Shown here in pieces: positions 1 to 13,841 of a DNA stretch of 64,000 bases. The notes beneath the pieces are model-generated. The model saw only the letters and a program-made list of their open reading frames with translations. It did not search any database and was not told where the DNA came from. Where the stretch lies: assembly GCA_002633005.1 (NCBI GenBank), contig NMRA01000042.1:1-64000 (forward strand), given 5' to 3'. This DNA comes from Phoronis australis (lineage: Eukaryota; Animalia; Phoronida). Both the position numbers and the translations under genes were made by a program. Each line of letters opens with the position of its first letter. Position 1 is the stretch's first letter.

Positions 1-119
1 GGGGGGGGCTAAAGCCCCCTCACCCCCCTGTGGTGCACCGCCTACAGACCATGTGCGGCGTAGCACCGAAAAGAGTGGGGGCTATTGCCCCCCCAGCCCC
101 CTACGGTGCTCCGCCCATG
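1..119. mobile_element. MITE-like palindromic repeat (CATGGGCGGCGCA family), dimer truncated by the window edge
   Basis: Ends ...GGTGCTCCGCCCATG; similar to the reverse complement of 12985-13120 and to 2172-2242. Confidence 0.6.
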
Positions 120-2171
120 ACAACACGCTGTGAATTCCAAAAATTCGTAACAATTATGAGCGGAGTCTGATCTACATATATATGACATCCAACTAAAGAT
201 TTGCTTGCAGTAGGAGACTGGTTAGTACTACTATTGATAGGGAGAATAATGCATAAAGGTATCCCCCCTATTGAATAGGAATGTGCTCCGCGATCTCGAA
301 ATCCGGATAAAAACAATAACTTAGAATCTAGTTACGGTAACCGCGAGACAACTGCAGAAGATGCAAGCACCTGTAGCCGAGACAACAGTTTCTCCTTCCC
401 GCAAGTCGTCACTTGACGGCTTTCATTTACTGACCCAGGACGATAACTCCGAAAGCTAACCATCACATTAAAAGGCAAAATACTCACATGAGAAAGGATA
501 CCTCAATGCAAAATACCCAACGAGTAATATGACACTAAGTACTCAGTTCAGAAACTAGCAGCACTGAACACCACAAAACAGATCCCTTATGCCATCTTTT
601 GCTCATTTACTCTACCTGATGCTAGGGGTACACTATTTACGGTACTTGCCACGTTCGTCTTATCAAATGAATTTTTGTTTAGACCTGGGATTATTTTGAT
701 GATGAAAAGTGACCTAATGACTTGGGCAGAAATTTGGTACTCTAACGTGTCACATAATTAAATCTCAGTTGAGAAGAAGTGGTAAGTTTCTGAGAATATA
801 TACAGAACTGCTAGCTATTTAGAAAACTTTTGAATCATGTTTGTTTCAGCCACAAAACCTTTGTTCTTCAATTGTGTAGTTGGAGCGTACGATCAAATTC
901 GTGTCTTAAAGTCAGACGTCGATCACAGCCAATGTGATCTATTGTGCAAAGCAAACATATCGTTGGATGACACAGTCCCAACAAGGATTCGATTACGTTC
1001 CTTCTTTAGCACATTTGTAGACTTAGTTTAGTCATACCCAAAATATGTTAATTATGAGCTCCTCTTTCACTCGTGACATTTCCCTAAGCATATGTCTGAG
1101 AACTGAGCCCTTATCTCAACGCAAATAAATAGGGACTAAGTCCGGATAGGATGTTACATAAAATTGCAATCAGTGATTGAACGAGCTTTGATACACAGCG
1201 AGACTAAACCCTACGTTGAATTTTCAACATTTCGAAACGGGGAGGGAGCTCCCCATCCAACGTTACTAACTTAAGGAATTAGTCCGTAATCAGTCAAAAT
1301 AAGGCGTTCGTATATGGGAAATGTTACAAGCAAACGATTTGCTTGTAATAAAGATAAAATGGTGGAAAATATGACGTTAGAGATAAATTAACGTAGACGA
1401 TGAACTTTCTTTACCCCCACACCAGAGAGTTCCCCAATAGTTAAATCGCACAGGGTGTACCGTTGTTTTGCGAGTAAGGTGAAGTCATCTCCTTAAGCTT
1501 GATTCACCTGATAAAGACACACGCATGTGACTTTAAGTTATCTTACGACCAATAGTCACATATTTATTTGCTTCAGTGTAAACAAAATTCATGAAATCGG
1601 CACCGTTATCTTATCCGCGTGAGTATCCCATGTACCTTTTACTTATAAAGCACTGAACCAGAACGAGCCGAAGACCCGAATACTAGGACTTGGAATTTCT
1701 GGGAGCTAACGGTGTAATTTTTGTCTCTACAATCCAAAACAGCAGGTATGAAAAAGTGCTTCATTTGTTTCTTATTGCACACAATAGAAATTGAGCTTAT
1801 ACGACACCAAACACATTAAATTGTTTAGCTGAGTGCAGGTATCGAATTAGCCAGCCATCTAGCTGTATGAAGACTGTCGTCGAAAATATATTTAGTATAC
1901 AGCTTTGTACCAAGGCTAGTATCGAATACGCACAACAAAGCTTTTGTGTCAAGCACGCTATTTGGACATAATATTCGTCATTTTCCGTGCGACGTTATGA
2001 ATTTTTAAGTAGAGCTTGAGAAACATTTGTAGAGTCAAGTCTTATCTTCCTCTTTTCTAACGGAACTTTAAGGACCTTGAACTAATTTTCAATAGCTCAA
2101 AATCATACAGGCGTATACATTGAAGATCGAAACCCTTTCCTCCTCTGTGACCATTCAATAATAACTTAACT

Positions 2172-2242
2172 CATGGGCGGCGCAGCACTGAAATAAGTGG
2201 GGGAGGCTGTAGCCTCCTCCCCCCTATGGTGCGCCGCCCATG
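2172..2242. mobile_element. MITE-like element, monomer with 13-bp terminal inverted repeats
   Basis: CATGGGCGGCGCA...TGCGCCGCCCATG perfect inverted ends; related copies elsewhere in the window. Confidence 0.65.
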
Positions 2243-3045
2243 TGACTGCAAGGCGTATTTAAACGCTCAATCCGCGAAATTAAATTTTTTAGACTCCTTG
2301 CCAATTCTTTAAAATTTGGAGGAAACTCGTTTCCAGGCAACATAATTTTTACTAACCAATCGTATCAACCATACCATGAAAGCCAGAACGATTGAACATT
2401 TTCACGGATCCTGCTGTCACTGCATTAAACTCAGAGTGAAGTTTCGCCTCAGCTAGTCGCTAAAGCAAAATTTTGCGCGTTATTGTCAAATACACGCTCA
2501 ATGATATGTATTCTGTGTTTTCTGTAAAAAAGATCAGATCCAACTTCAAATGTCAAATTCGGAACACGGCGCAATCGTAACGGAAATATGGCTAAGTATA
2601 GGCTCTCCCGCGATATCCCATGCGACCGGCAGTGGCGCTGGGCACTACGACTCCGTTTCCGTCGTCTGCTCCACTGTGCAATGAAGAAAATTACTTCATG
2701 TTTTAAAGAAAATAGAATCTGAGTGACGATGAAAAACAGAAGCTGCTGGTCAGATGTGAATTTTAATCGAAGCCTTAGTGAATCACTCAGAAACTCATAA
2801 TTCTCTCTTTGTCAAACCTTAACTTAAGAGGATTTCCAAAGCAATCACGTCATTATTGCCAACACAAAAAACGAATTTGGTCTTTTGAACAATTAAAAAC
2901 TATTTTAAATACAAAAAATGTTACGAACTGTTTTTCACAAAATATAAAGCGTGTAATAAGCATTACAAATAGAAGTAGGTTTCGCGCGCAAACGCTGTGG
3001 ACCATAAACAAGTAGGTCTCTTGGTATCAAATTGGTAGTTAAATC

Positions 3046-3232
3046 GCGGTGGTGCAGTGGCAAAGCACATGCATTCTATCCGCCAGGTCGTGGTGCAGTG
3101 GCAAAGCACGCACGCTCTATCCGCCAGGTCGTGATGCAATGGCAAAGCACGCGCGCTCTATTCGCCAGGTCGTGATGCAGTGGCAAAGCACGCGCGCTCT
3201 ATCCGCCAGAGCGTGAGTTCGAGTCTGTGGTA
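3046..3232 (+). repeat. tRNA-like (SINE-head) sequence with four tandem 41-bp A-box units and one B-box
   Basis: Units at 3046, 3087, 3128 and 3169 (GTCGTGRTGCAGTGGCAAAGCACGCGCGCTCTATCCGCCAG), then GAGTTCGAGTC at 3215-3225. Confidence 0.7.
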
Positions 3233-5728
3233 ATTGCAGTTTTTCCTGTTTGACTCGTTCTCCGTTTATTTTTTTGCCTTTTTTTTTGCATAACACTTCA
3301 GGATTCAAGGAAATTCTTGATTTTTAGAGGAAAAAACAGAAAAATTTCCTGGGCGGGAGGGGGGCAAACTCAACCCCCGACTTCCGGTGCTATGCGCATC
3401 TACAATTGTGCTTTGCGCAAATGTTTACAGGCAAAATTTGCCCCCCCCCTTGTGATATCCTAGATCCGCCCCTGTTCTAGGTTAAGTGATAAAAATTTCT
3501 TGTCTTTGACCTACATGTACACTGTGTAGGTGTTACTGGCTCAAACTCGAACTTTTATTTTCGACAGGCCGGCTATGTTAACTATTTAGCCTCCTTCAGT
3601 TCAGTCCAGTTTTCTGATTGTTTTGAATGTTCCGTCGCCAATTCACAATTCACAAGGGCAATTTAATGGGATCAGGGGAGCTGAGATAAGGCTTTGAGGT
3701 TTATGCAATACCAGTCTGACGAAGGTGCACGCGGATTTGATTTGGATTGGGACGGTCGCAGTTGTCGGAGCTTAGGCTCAGTAAAGTTTTAATGTCCAGT
3801 TTTATGTTTCGTATATGGTTATGAGTCATCGGGAAATTCGTCTGCCTGTGGTACAAAGTGTGCTTTCTCGGTGATTTAACGTGTATTTGAGTACATCGAA
3901 CGGGAGATGCGATGAAGACGATTGCAATATCTGTATTACTGTGTAGTAATGTGCACAGTAACGTCACACGGAAATAAACGAACTTTGTATCGAATGAGCA
4001 TGGTGCCAACGGCGACAAGAAATGAATAGACATAAGATTTTTGTTTTCTTTTGTGGAAATTGTGTTCAACTTGAGCGTAAAACGCGTTATTTGAATTAGA
4101 GTGCAGAGTATGTGGATAACGAAAGTAACATAGTTGTCTCAGAATATTCTTTAGAGAGTGTTTTGAGTCATTTCACATCACAAGCGATACAAATGAGCAC
4201 ACAAACTTCATTCTGACTTGTATTTTTGACCCTTTCACTTTTCCTGAAAAGTAAATTAGGCTACGAAAAATGAGGCAAAAACAAAATTGGCATTTTCACC
4301 CCAAACGTACTACTTACCTGCCGATGCGCAACAGCCATCATTAGATTCTGAAAGAAAAAATTCCTACGAAATCTATAAAGGTGCCCCAATAATAATTGTC
4401 AGTCAACTAGTTTTTATTCTGGCTTGCTTGAGAGTTAGCGCGATTTCTCAAAAACTACCCATCAATGCACAAGCGCAACAGAGAACCCCATCTTGAAGAA
4501 GCGTGTATCTACAGCCGACCAAGTGATCTTTTTTCAGTCCCAATCAGTTCACAAATAAAAAAAGACCAGATTCACTGAGCCTACCTCAAAACTGCCCCCA
4601 ATCCTGGTCTACCCCTAAAATTTATTTTTGGCACTGCAAATTGACAGTTGTTCAGTGCTACCTGAGGACGCAAGGAGATAACCTGAGCGGATAATGCAAG
4701 CGAAGTAAATGCGGTTTCCACAGGCTCAGCCTAGGTGTGAGGACAATACCAGACTAAACAAATTTCGGATTTCTGAACCAACATTTTAAGCGGTCTATTC
4801 TTCGCAGTAGTTCGCGAATCTCGTCGCCTGAAATTTGAAAACGGCGATACTTCACCTACTGTCATAGAGATGCATTTTCACGAATCACGCTTGTTTCCAC
4901 ATGAGAGACATGTAAAAATTATGTAATCTCTGACACGGCGCTACCTGCCTTTCGTAGCACTGTGAAAGAGTGTAGAGAATTTAGATGTAAAGTTTACCCT
5001 TCCATGCGATTGCCGGCTAATCAGCAAATGCAATGTTTTGATGCGCCATAAAATGTCTCGGCTGACACTGTATCAGTAGCTACCAATAAGCTAACATATG
5101 TCGCTCAGTCCGACATCTTGCATTCGTCAGGGAATGGGCAGGAACAGAATGTTTTGTTATAAGTTAAGCTTTCGTTTGGGTGAGCTACAAGTACATTGCA
5201 AATACCACGCTTTAGTCATGAGTCAAAGCACTATCAAACCCGTCAAAAAGTTTTGATTAAGGCAACATAACGTCATTTATTACTTAGCAAAAGTTTTATC
5301 CAAGTCTCTTACTCATTCATAATTTTCTTGCTTGTTTGTTCATTTGCGTTTTTTCTTTGTTTCCACACTACAGTTAGCATTTATTAACTGATCTTAACGA
5401 AACTTGTATTCAACATGTGTCTTGTTAATAGTGCCGAGGCCTAATGGCTGAAATCAACACAAGATGGCGATGTGGCGCTTTTCTGAGCAATAGGCCGCTT
5501 TCTGGGGGGGAAATTTTTTGAAATTTGGTCTGTGGATAGATTTCGTCGAGTGCTATCGGTCATTAGGAGCTGCTCGTACGTGTGCATTGTATTCATGTTA
5601 AGAACGGAAATAACCGGATTAAAAATCTCACTGTTAGTAACATCTTAACATTTTCATACCTACATTTTGTTCCTCTATTGTTTTTAGATTGTAAAACATA
5701 CGTGGGGAATACCTGCTCAATACTGAAC

Positions 5729-6508
5729 ATGCACGCCAACGTCGATTCCAAAAGTCTCCTGGTGCTGGTTATTTTTGCATCCTTCTGCCGAAGAATCGAC
5801 AGTATATACGTAACAGAAACTCAAGCAACGACGACTGAACAAAAGGAAGACGACAATGGCAAAGACAATGACATTTTGACATTCGCTTTTGAACCGCGAC
5901 AGTTGCGGCTGTTTGAAGACAGTATCGGCCATGTAGAGATCAATTACAGCTTTCCTCACGCGGACACCAGGACATTGAATTTGATTTCGTCATGCGTGTT
6001 GGAAATAAATGTGACGCCAGAATCTAAGCATGTCGCTGACGTAAGCGGGAACAAAACAAGTTTTACTTTAGACGAACACATTGGCAGATCTAAAGATGAA
6101 CTGATTAATCACACGTTTGCGCAGAATGTTTCATTTTCAGTTAAAGGAATTCGATTAGGATACTGCCTTTTCTCTTTTCAAATTAAACTCATTCCTGTAA
6201 AAACTTTCATGAACGGAACGTCGGACAAGAACTATGCTTATTTATCGTCTTTAGAATCCACCACTAACGCCTCTTGGGAAGATATGTACACGGCGCATGA
6301 ATACAATCATTCAGTGAAATACAGGGTCGGGGTAATGCGTAAACCGTCCACGCTGGATCACGTGTTCATGGCGATCGTCATGAGTCTTGTTGCCGTCAGT
6401 ACAATATCTATGGGTTGCGCGGTAGACCTAGCGGTCGTCAAGGATGTACTCAAGAAACCTATAGCACCTGGAATAGGATTCGCAAGTCAGTTTATAGTTA
6501 TGCCGTTG
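5729..6508 (+). CDS. SLC10 family Na+/bile-acid cotransporter (P3/SLC10A3-5-like), coding exon 1
   Basis: Acceptor TTTTTAG ends at 5687 and ATG is at 5729. Signal-like LLVLVIFASFC, long ectodomain, then SMGC...KKPIAPGIGFASQFIVMP. Donor GTAAGT at 6509, phase 0. Confidence 0.88.
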
Positions 6509-7687
6509 GTAAGTACCTATCTTTGTAATAGATAGGCCTACTGCTCCAGGAAAATACACCAGGCATACATCCCTCCGCGTACGAGGCGGAAAGTGCACAT
6601 TTACATGTACTTCTTACGCCAACACTAGCTTGCTACCTTACTTAGGTCCGGTCAGTTTATTCCAACGTGTAACCATATGTGGTATTTTTAAAAAACGTGA
6701 ACCACGACATTCTCTTTTAATGTCCGTCATCAAAAGCATTGCCAATCGACTTTTTCAGCTTTTCACATCCGCTTGTCACCGATATCCAAATGTCGTTTGA
6801 TAGTTCAGTTAGGAGAGCTGACTCGTGAACTAGGCAGTCTCGCCACCTGGTAATAGGAAAATCGCGCGTAACGTGGTCACTAGGTAGCGAGACCATCTCG
6901 TCCACGAGCGGGTTCACTGTCAAACAAGTTGTGATTGAAACCGACGACATCTTGATATCGCGAATCCGCTCAAAATAATTAGCCAAAGCGACAATTTACG
7001 AGAAAGAGAAGCTCGTCACGTAAAACTGTTTTAGAAGGTGGTGGTTGTTTTGAGGTTGCTTTTGATGCCCGATCTTACAAAAATGTCGTTCGTGTTGGCC
7101 TAGAGATACTGCGTATGGAGATAATCTGACCGGCTGGTACCCGCTAATAGGCACAACTTTGCAGTGTAAGTTAGTATGGAGACGAATATTTCGGTTTCAT
7201 TTGAAATGTCGGCAAATACCTGTCATGTACTCATTTCTCTTGGTCGAATTACTCCTTGGCCCCCGGGTCTAATATTTGTACTAAAAACGAAACTTTCGAT
7301 TATTTTTGGTATGTCCTGTTCTTTCTTTACGCGGGAATTGAAGATAAGAGTTGGCTATTCTTTGTTTTAATTTGTAATCCATAGCACCAGACTTAATTTT
7401 GAGTTTTTACTCGAGTTATACATAACGGAAAATGCCAAGAAAAGAACAATTTAGGAGTCAACTAGACAGCAGGACCCCAGAGACCGGTCGACCAATTCTC
7501 CGTATCTTGACCTAAAACAGCAAAGCGTAATTCTATCCTGCAACATTTCATGCCCAGTGTAATAATCCGAAATTCATATTTTTCAACGTTTAAGAACATT
7601 GAGATAACTTTGCCCCATCGCAAATGTAGCATATTTGTTTGTTTACAATACTCATGTAGATAATTTGTTATTAACAATTTATTCCAG

Positions 7688-7859
7688 TTGGCCTACACGT
7701 TATGTATGATATTCAATTTTCGCGGGAACGCTGGTCTGGGATTTTTCGCATCCGGCTGCGCCCCTGGCGGAGGCTCAAGTAACAAGTTCACATTGCTATT
7801 GGATGGTGACGTGTCACTGAGCGTGACGATGACACTGCTCAGCACCGTCGCATCGTTGG
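7688..7859 (+). CDS. SLC10 cotransporter, coding exon 2
   Basis: TTCCAG acceptor; GCAPGGGSSN...DGDVSLSVTMT..ST SBF-family motif; donor GTAAGG, phase 1. Confidence 0.93.
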
Positions 7860-8194
7860 GTAAGGAAGACATCTTCAACTGGCGACTAGTTTTGCATTCA
7901 ACAATTAGGATTTGTTTGTTATTCATTTACAGTCGTCGTCTAAATTTGCCACGCCCTAAGTAGTCACGGCCCGGCTGCCGGAACCACCCCTTTCTATTCA
8001 GCTCCCTCTTAAGCGTTAAAAAATGAAGTTTACTATTTAATAAATTTCGGACTGCATTATCGTCGTTAAATGCCACTGAAATATAATTGTCAGGTTTGCG
8101 TTGTGACCTCCTTATGCGCTGCTAAATTAGTTACATACATGTACTATGTGAAAGTTTTGTCAATTATTAATTTTTGCTATTTTACTGTTTATAG

Positions 8195-8862
8195 GAATGA
8201 TTCCGTTATGGCTATTTACCCTCGGGCAGACATTTGTCAAGGAAGCGACTACAGATATAAACATCAAAATTCCGTTTGAAAACATCGTTTTCACTTTATT
8301 ATCCATACTTGTCACCGTTGGAATCGGCGTATTTTTTAAGTACAAAGTGCCCAAGGTTGCAAAATTTCTCCTTAAAATAGTCCGACCACTGTTGATTATC
8401 ATCATAGTGTTCATGTTTACTTTCGGTTTATGGGCAAACTGGTACATATTTTCGTTATTCACTCCTGGATTGATTTTCGCTGGCATGAGTCTGCCCTGGA
8501 TTGGTTTTCTTCTCGGCGGTGTCATTGCCGCTGTCCTCCGCCAACCGTGGTCCAGGATAAAGACGATTGCCATCGAGACGGGGATTCAAAACACCGGAGT
8601 ACCCATAATGCTTCTGAAATTTTCACTTCCTGCTCCGGATAGCGACTTGGCGTTGGTGGCGATCATTGCTGCGAATGTGTTCACATCGATGCCCCTGTGG
8701 TTTGCCGTGGCGTACGTTGAAATCAAGAAAAGGTTTTGTAAATCCAAAGATGAAGAAGAAGAGGACGATGAGAATGTGAAGGAGAAACTGGAAGTTTCTG
8801 AAGATGTGGTCGTTCTAAATCCGGAGAAAATACCTTACTTGGACAGAGAAACGACCATTTAG
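8195..8862 (+). CDS. SLC10 cotransporter, coding exon 3 (joined protein about 539 aa)
   Basis: TTTATAG acceptor in phase; MIPLWLFTLG...TIAIETGIQN Na+-site motif; acidic tail; TAG stop; AATAAA at 8870. Confidence 0.93.
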
Positions 8863-10998
8863 AGATTGTAATAAACAACACGGTTCACACATTGCCCAAG
8901 TACACGTATTTATGCGTGCACAGTACATGTAAATTAAATTGTAATGGAAATGCACTGGTGAATGGATCACCATTGTATCCATGTCAAGAACTAATCGTAT
9001 CAGGGGTTTTGAAACAACTACTGTTGACACGCGTAAATTACAAGTAATGATTGATTGACGAATTTTCCTTTGTTGCGACTGGGAGTTTTTTCGGGGTTTC
9101 GAATACCATTACGAAGGGACCTTCGCTTGCTTAGTATGACGTCAGCTTGACATTTTGAACTCGGTCAAAAATGAAATACAAAAATTAAAGACAACATTAT
9201 AGGGATGCGTTTACATAGCGCGGTAAATTACTAAGCACTTATTACTATGGAGCTGGTCAATCATAATCCTTCTAACTCGCCGGGAGGATACACGTTGGTA
9301 CAACCGTTCTCGGAGCATACCGATTAATCCAAACACATAATTTTGTAAACATTTCAAGTGCTAAAGTGCCCCCTGGTTACCTGAATCAAAAATCTAATAC
9401 CTTATTTTTTTAATCTGTGACGTGACTCTGCATTTCTATTCCTATATGTGGATCCAAATCACGTAATATTAGTGTCAGATACCTCATCACTAAACATCCG
9501 AATTCCGTAACGTCATAAAAAGACACTGGCTTCGGTGTTACCAAGCAATGAAAGTATTGCTTTTTGNCAAATATTTAATTATTAACGTATATAAAGCAAA
9601 CATGTGATCCACCGTACTGTGTCCTTTCCTAAACGCAGCTTGAGACATACTAATTACGTTTTCTCTTTCCGACCATTTTTGAAGTCGCTGGCACAATATT
9701 TTTTCGAATATTTTGGCCTATATGTGGATCCAAATCACGTAATATTAGTGTCAGATACCTCATCACTAAACATCCGAATTCCGTAACGTCATAAAAAGAC
9801 ACTGGCTTCGGTGTTACCAAGCAATGAAAGTATTGCTTTTTGTATAAACGATATCCTAGGAAATTAACTTTTGAAGCAGACAACCTCTTTGCCACTAAAA
9901 TCTGGTCTCAATTTGTCCCTTACTCAGTCGTAAAGGGGTTTCTGAGTTGTAGAAGAACTGACGTTCTCGGTTGAAAAAGTGCTCGCGGCATGAGATTAAA
10001 CGTTGGTAAAGAGAATTTTTTTAGCCTATTCTCAAGTCATAATTAACTGTCAGCTCTTTGAAATCCCAGAAATCAAATTTAGCTTTGGAAAGACAAAAGT
10101 TGAGGCCAAATTTTATTTTGTTTTGATGGCTATTGTCGGAAAAGAGCATAACTCTGCGTTTTCCGGTTTTCGAGTTAAGAAGGCAAATATGGGCGTGATT
10201 GCAACGAACGCTACAGGCAGATGAACCACTATGTAAGACCCATAGATTACAGAAGTTCCAAAATGACGCAGTGTTTGCAAAGCCTTTGACTACCTCTTGG
10301 ACACTGATAGAGAATCCTACACGTGTCTCAGGTCTATGACATGGGCAAAACCTCTTGGAAATTTCGTCAAAATCCCGAGGCTTGCCGTAAAAACGGCGCA
10401 ACTTTTGTAAAGACTTGTTCGCGCAATGTAAAGCCGGTAATTCAGTTACTTTTTGTTAATAGGTTTATTTTAATCTTAACCATTGTAAATTGCATTCAGC
10501 TTTCGTAGCAAATATTCAAGTTAGAATCTGATTAATAGTCTTTGAAGTTGTAATATAAAAAGTTAACAAAATATTTATAAATAACAGTGAACCTGACTTT
10601 CCCTCTGAATTGACCTTGAGACAGCGCAGCTAGTCTCACTGCGTTTCTTGAGTTGGGGCTCGTCTCCGTTTCAATGAACGTAGATATGAAATTCGCCGCC
10701 GAAGATGGGTCCGATTAACAAGTTGTTTGCATGTCCATCCGACTGGGAGTACGTACAGTTGCGACACCCAATTTGTCAACCTTGTCACCTTCTCGGAATT
10801 CCGGCATTGTTGGGTTGGCGCGCGTTTGGTTGTTTTGGTGTTTTGCAGACAATAAAATCCTAAGGCGTGTGGATTTCTACTTTGCACTACTTTGTGATTC
10901 GCCCATGTAATATCAAAAAATTACGTACTCGGTGTTATTTACCAGTCGTGTCGTAACACATTCCAGGTCATGTGAGAAAAACCATCTTAAAACGAGGT

Positions 10999-12947
10999 TC
11001 ATTGATCTAAATATTGATACAAGAAGATAGAGCCATCTCTACACGCCACAACTAGTTGACCCGATTCTGTAATAGCCACCCCGTTCGGAGATTTTATACC
11101 TTCGATCATCACGTTCACGTGATTACCGGAACTCGAAATAAGATGGACGCACTCCTTAGGGCTACAATCGGCAACAACGAGAAACCCATGGCTGTCAAAA
11201 CACAAGCCATGTGGGGAAATCAGTGAAATCGTGTCTTCTGGTTTGTATCTGGACCTGAGATGACCCTCTGCGTCGAGTATGTGTACGCATTTCATTTTAT
11301 GGTCAGAAATCGCCACAGCACCGTCGAACTGGCAAACGGCAACATTCATAAACTGAACTTTTTGCGATTCAATGCTTGTGGTATTGACCTCGCGCAAAAT
11401 CTCGCCGCTTGTGTCAAGTATACGTGTTACTTCATAGCTCGTGACGTAGATTTCATTTTTGTTGTTGACAGCTATGCCTCCCCATCCGCTGTAGATATTC
11501 TTCGCTAAGAGTTCACATTTTCGCTTCCCAGCTCCTTTCTGCGCGCGCCCGTTAACTTTAGGTGTCGAAATTTGCACGACAGCTTGCTCTTCGTCGTCAG
11601 TGACGTAAATGACGCCTTCTTTGTTGATGGCAATATCGCAAGGGTTTTTTAATATCCAGCTAGACTTCGTAAATTTTAAACTTTCAATTATACCACCTCT
11701 TTCAATCTGCAACACTATCCCCTTGCTCCTCACAGGGACGTAAATGTTGTCGTTTTTGTCAACGGCTATTCCATAAACGTCACAATCATCGCCCAGAGAT
11801 ACTGTTTTAATCAGCTGTGCCTTTGGTAAAACTTTTGCTTTCGAAGTCGGCTGGGGTCTTGATGCAACTTTAAGCTTAATAAGCGAGGAATCCGAGACAC
11901 TCTTAATCTGTAGACTAAACGAAAGAGTTGTCGGGTTGTCACACTTATTATTTTGACTAAAGGATTCCAAATAATTAGAAACAGTTCGTTTTTGTCTCAG
12001 TTTCTCTGTTGTTGTTGAAAACCGCAAAAGTTTGTCAACATACTCCAATCTGTTACGCAACGATAGATCACACGCTTGGAGACGAAAAATCTCGTCCACG
12101 TGATTTTTCACTATCTTTTGTTCGAGTTCGTCTACATCTTTCAAAACGTTAGCTTTTGCCTTAGTGATTTTTGCTTTCATTTCGATAAACCAAGCTTCTA
12201 ATTCCTTTCTTATCTCTTTTAATTTACCAAACGAGCTGAATTTGTCTTTTTCCACCTCTCGTTGTCTTTCGCGAAATAAACTCAGTAGGCGAGTCATTGC
12301 CTCCATGCGGGAGTGTAGTTCATCCTCCGTCTTCGAACCGGCATCTTGCAGAATTTCAACTTCGTGCGTTTCATGATGGATTGATCTGCACAACACACAC
12401 ACGAGGTGTTGACAGTCGTTGCAGAATAAATTGAGCTCCTCTTCTGGATGTGCTCCACAAAGTTCTTTCGAGTAAGAACATAAATCGTCAAAGTATTTCC
12501 CGCTCCGTACATCGTCCACACTAACCACCATGTGGCTTCTAGTGAACTTTGTCTTGCAGTGACATCTAGCGCAAACTTCGCAAAAGCCTTCGCCGCACTG
12601 AATGCACATAAAACTAGCAATCACGTTTACGTTTTCGTATTGGCAAGATTCACAGAAGGCTGCGCATTGTAATCCTGGCTCCCCATGAAGTTTTGTCTTT
12701 TTCAAATATTCAATAAAGCCGTTATCAGTTAACGGTAGGCATGAGCTGTTTACTTCCGAGTGGCAAACGGGACACTGGACAATCACTTCCGGTTTCGTAT
12801 TTGGCACGAGCACGCATGTGCTGCATACTGTATGAAGACAGGGAAGCAGCTTAGGACGCACCAGAGTCTTGCAGCAAGCAGGACACTCGACAGTTTTGGT
12901 GAAGTCCTCATAGTAATGATCTTCCTGATCGGTCGATGATTCCACTT
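10999..12947 (-). CDS. TRIM-NHL E3 ligase (RING, B-box1, B-box2, coiled coil, NHL-type propeller), main exon
   Basis: RING CPAC..PKLLPCLHTVCSTC..CPVC, two B-boxes, coiled coil, and repeats GIAVD/PCDIAIN/PHGLCFD/PNGVAIT. The ORF-track start is GTG; a TTTTCAG acceptor lies at 12948-12949 (phase 1). Confidence 0.92.
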
Positions 12948-12984
12948 CTGAAAATTATACATATGTATATGTGTGTGTTGTGGG

Positions 12985-13120
12985 CATGGGCGGCGCACCA
13001 TAGGGGGCTGAGAGGGTCATAGCCCCACTTTTTCAGTGCTGCAAGGACATGGTTTATAGCCAGTGCACCACAGGGAGGCTGAGGGGCTTTAGCCCCCATT
13101 TCAGTTCTGCGCCGCCCATG
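12985..13120. mobile_element. MITE-like dimer (CATGGGCGGCGCA family) in the TRIM intron
   Basis: Perfect 13-bp inverted ends; two head-to-tail units of about 68 bp. Confidence 0.65.
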
Positions 13121-13130
13121 GTGCGTGCAT

Positions 13131-13186
13131 GCGTGTGAGTGTGTGTATATGTGTGTGTGTGTGCGTGTGTGTGCGTGGGTGTGTGT
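13131..13186. repeat. (GT)n microsatellite, imperfect
   Basis: Visible GT run. Confidence 0.85.
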
Positions 13187-13841
13187 TTAAACTTGATCGA
13201 AATCACAAATGTAGGTCTACTTCTGGACAGCGTGATCGATGTGCTCTCGTTTGTAATCTCTGTACAAATACGAATCTTCCGGTGTGCAGTTGTAGAGCAT
13301 ATTGCCACCCGACCTCTCATCCTCAAGCAATTGATAAGATGACCGTGGAGGCAGTGGCAAGAGGTAGAAGGGCATAGGAGCAGAGATTGGTNTACTTCTG
13401 GACAGCGTGATCGATGTGCTCTCGTTTGTAACCTCTGTACAAATACGAATCTTCCGGTGTGCAGTTGTAGAGCATATTGCCACCCGACCTCTCATCCTCA
13501 AGCAATTGATAAGATGACCGTGGAGGCAGTGGCAACAGGTAGAAGGGCATAGGAGCAGAGATTGGTAATGTAACACACGTTAGGAACCACACAAGTATAA
13601 TGGAAGAGAGACAACGTGCGGCTGAATAACAAAGACTCCAAAATCTTTAGGCTTAAGCGAAATGTGTCATTTTCCACATATAGCGAATAGGGTTATTATA
13701 TACTAGTGCCTAATTTTATTCCGGTCATGATCTTTAATGTACCCACGTTGCAGCCTGGACAGCCATCGGGGGAGCCGAGCATAATCTGTGTCCATTCTAA
13801 CCATGTTCAAGAAAATGAGGACGACGACATTCGTCCACATG

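Noticed and set aside
3046-3209. CRISPR-like array or functional tRNA gene
   Set aside because: The units are contiguous with no unique spacers, the context is eukaryotic, and I could not form a convincing cloverleaf.
9441-9842. About 125-bp direct repeat (9441-9566 and 9718-9842)
   Set aside because: The first copy ends at the N (9567); likely a scaffolding overlap.
13218-13566. About 174-bp tandem duplication producing repeated ORFs
   Set aside because: The copies meet exactly at a single N (13392) and differ by a couple of SNPs, so this is most likely a contig-overlap or haplotype artefact.
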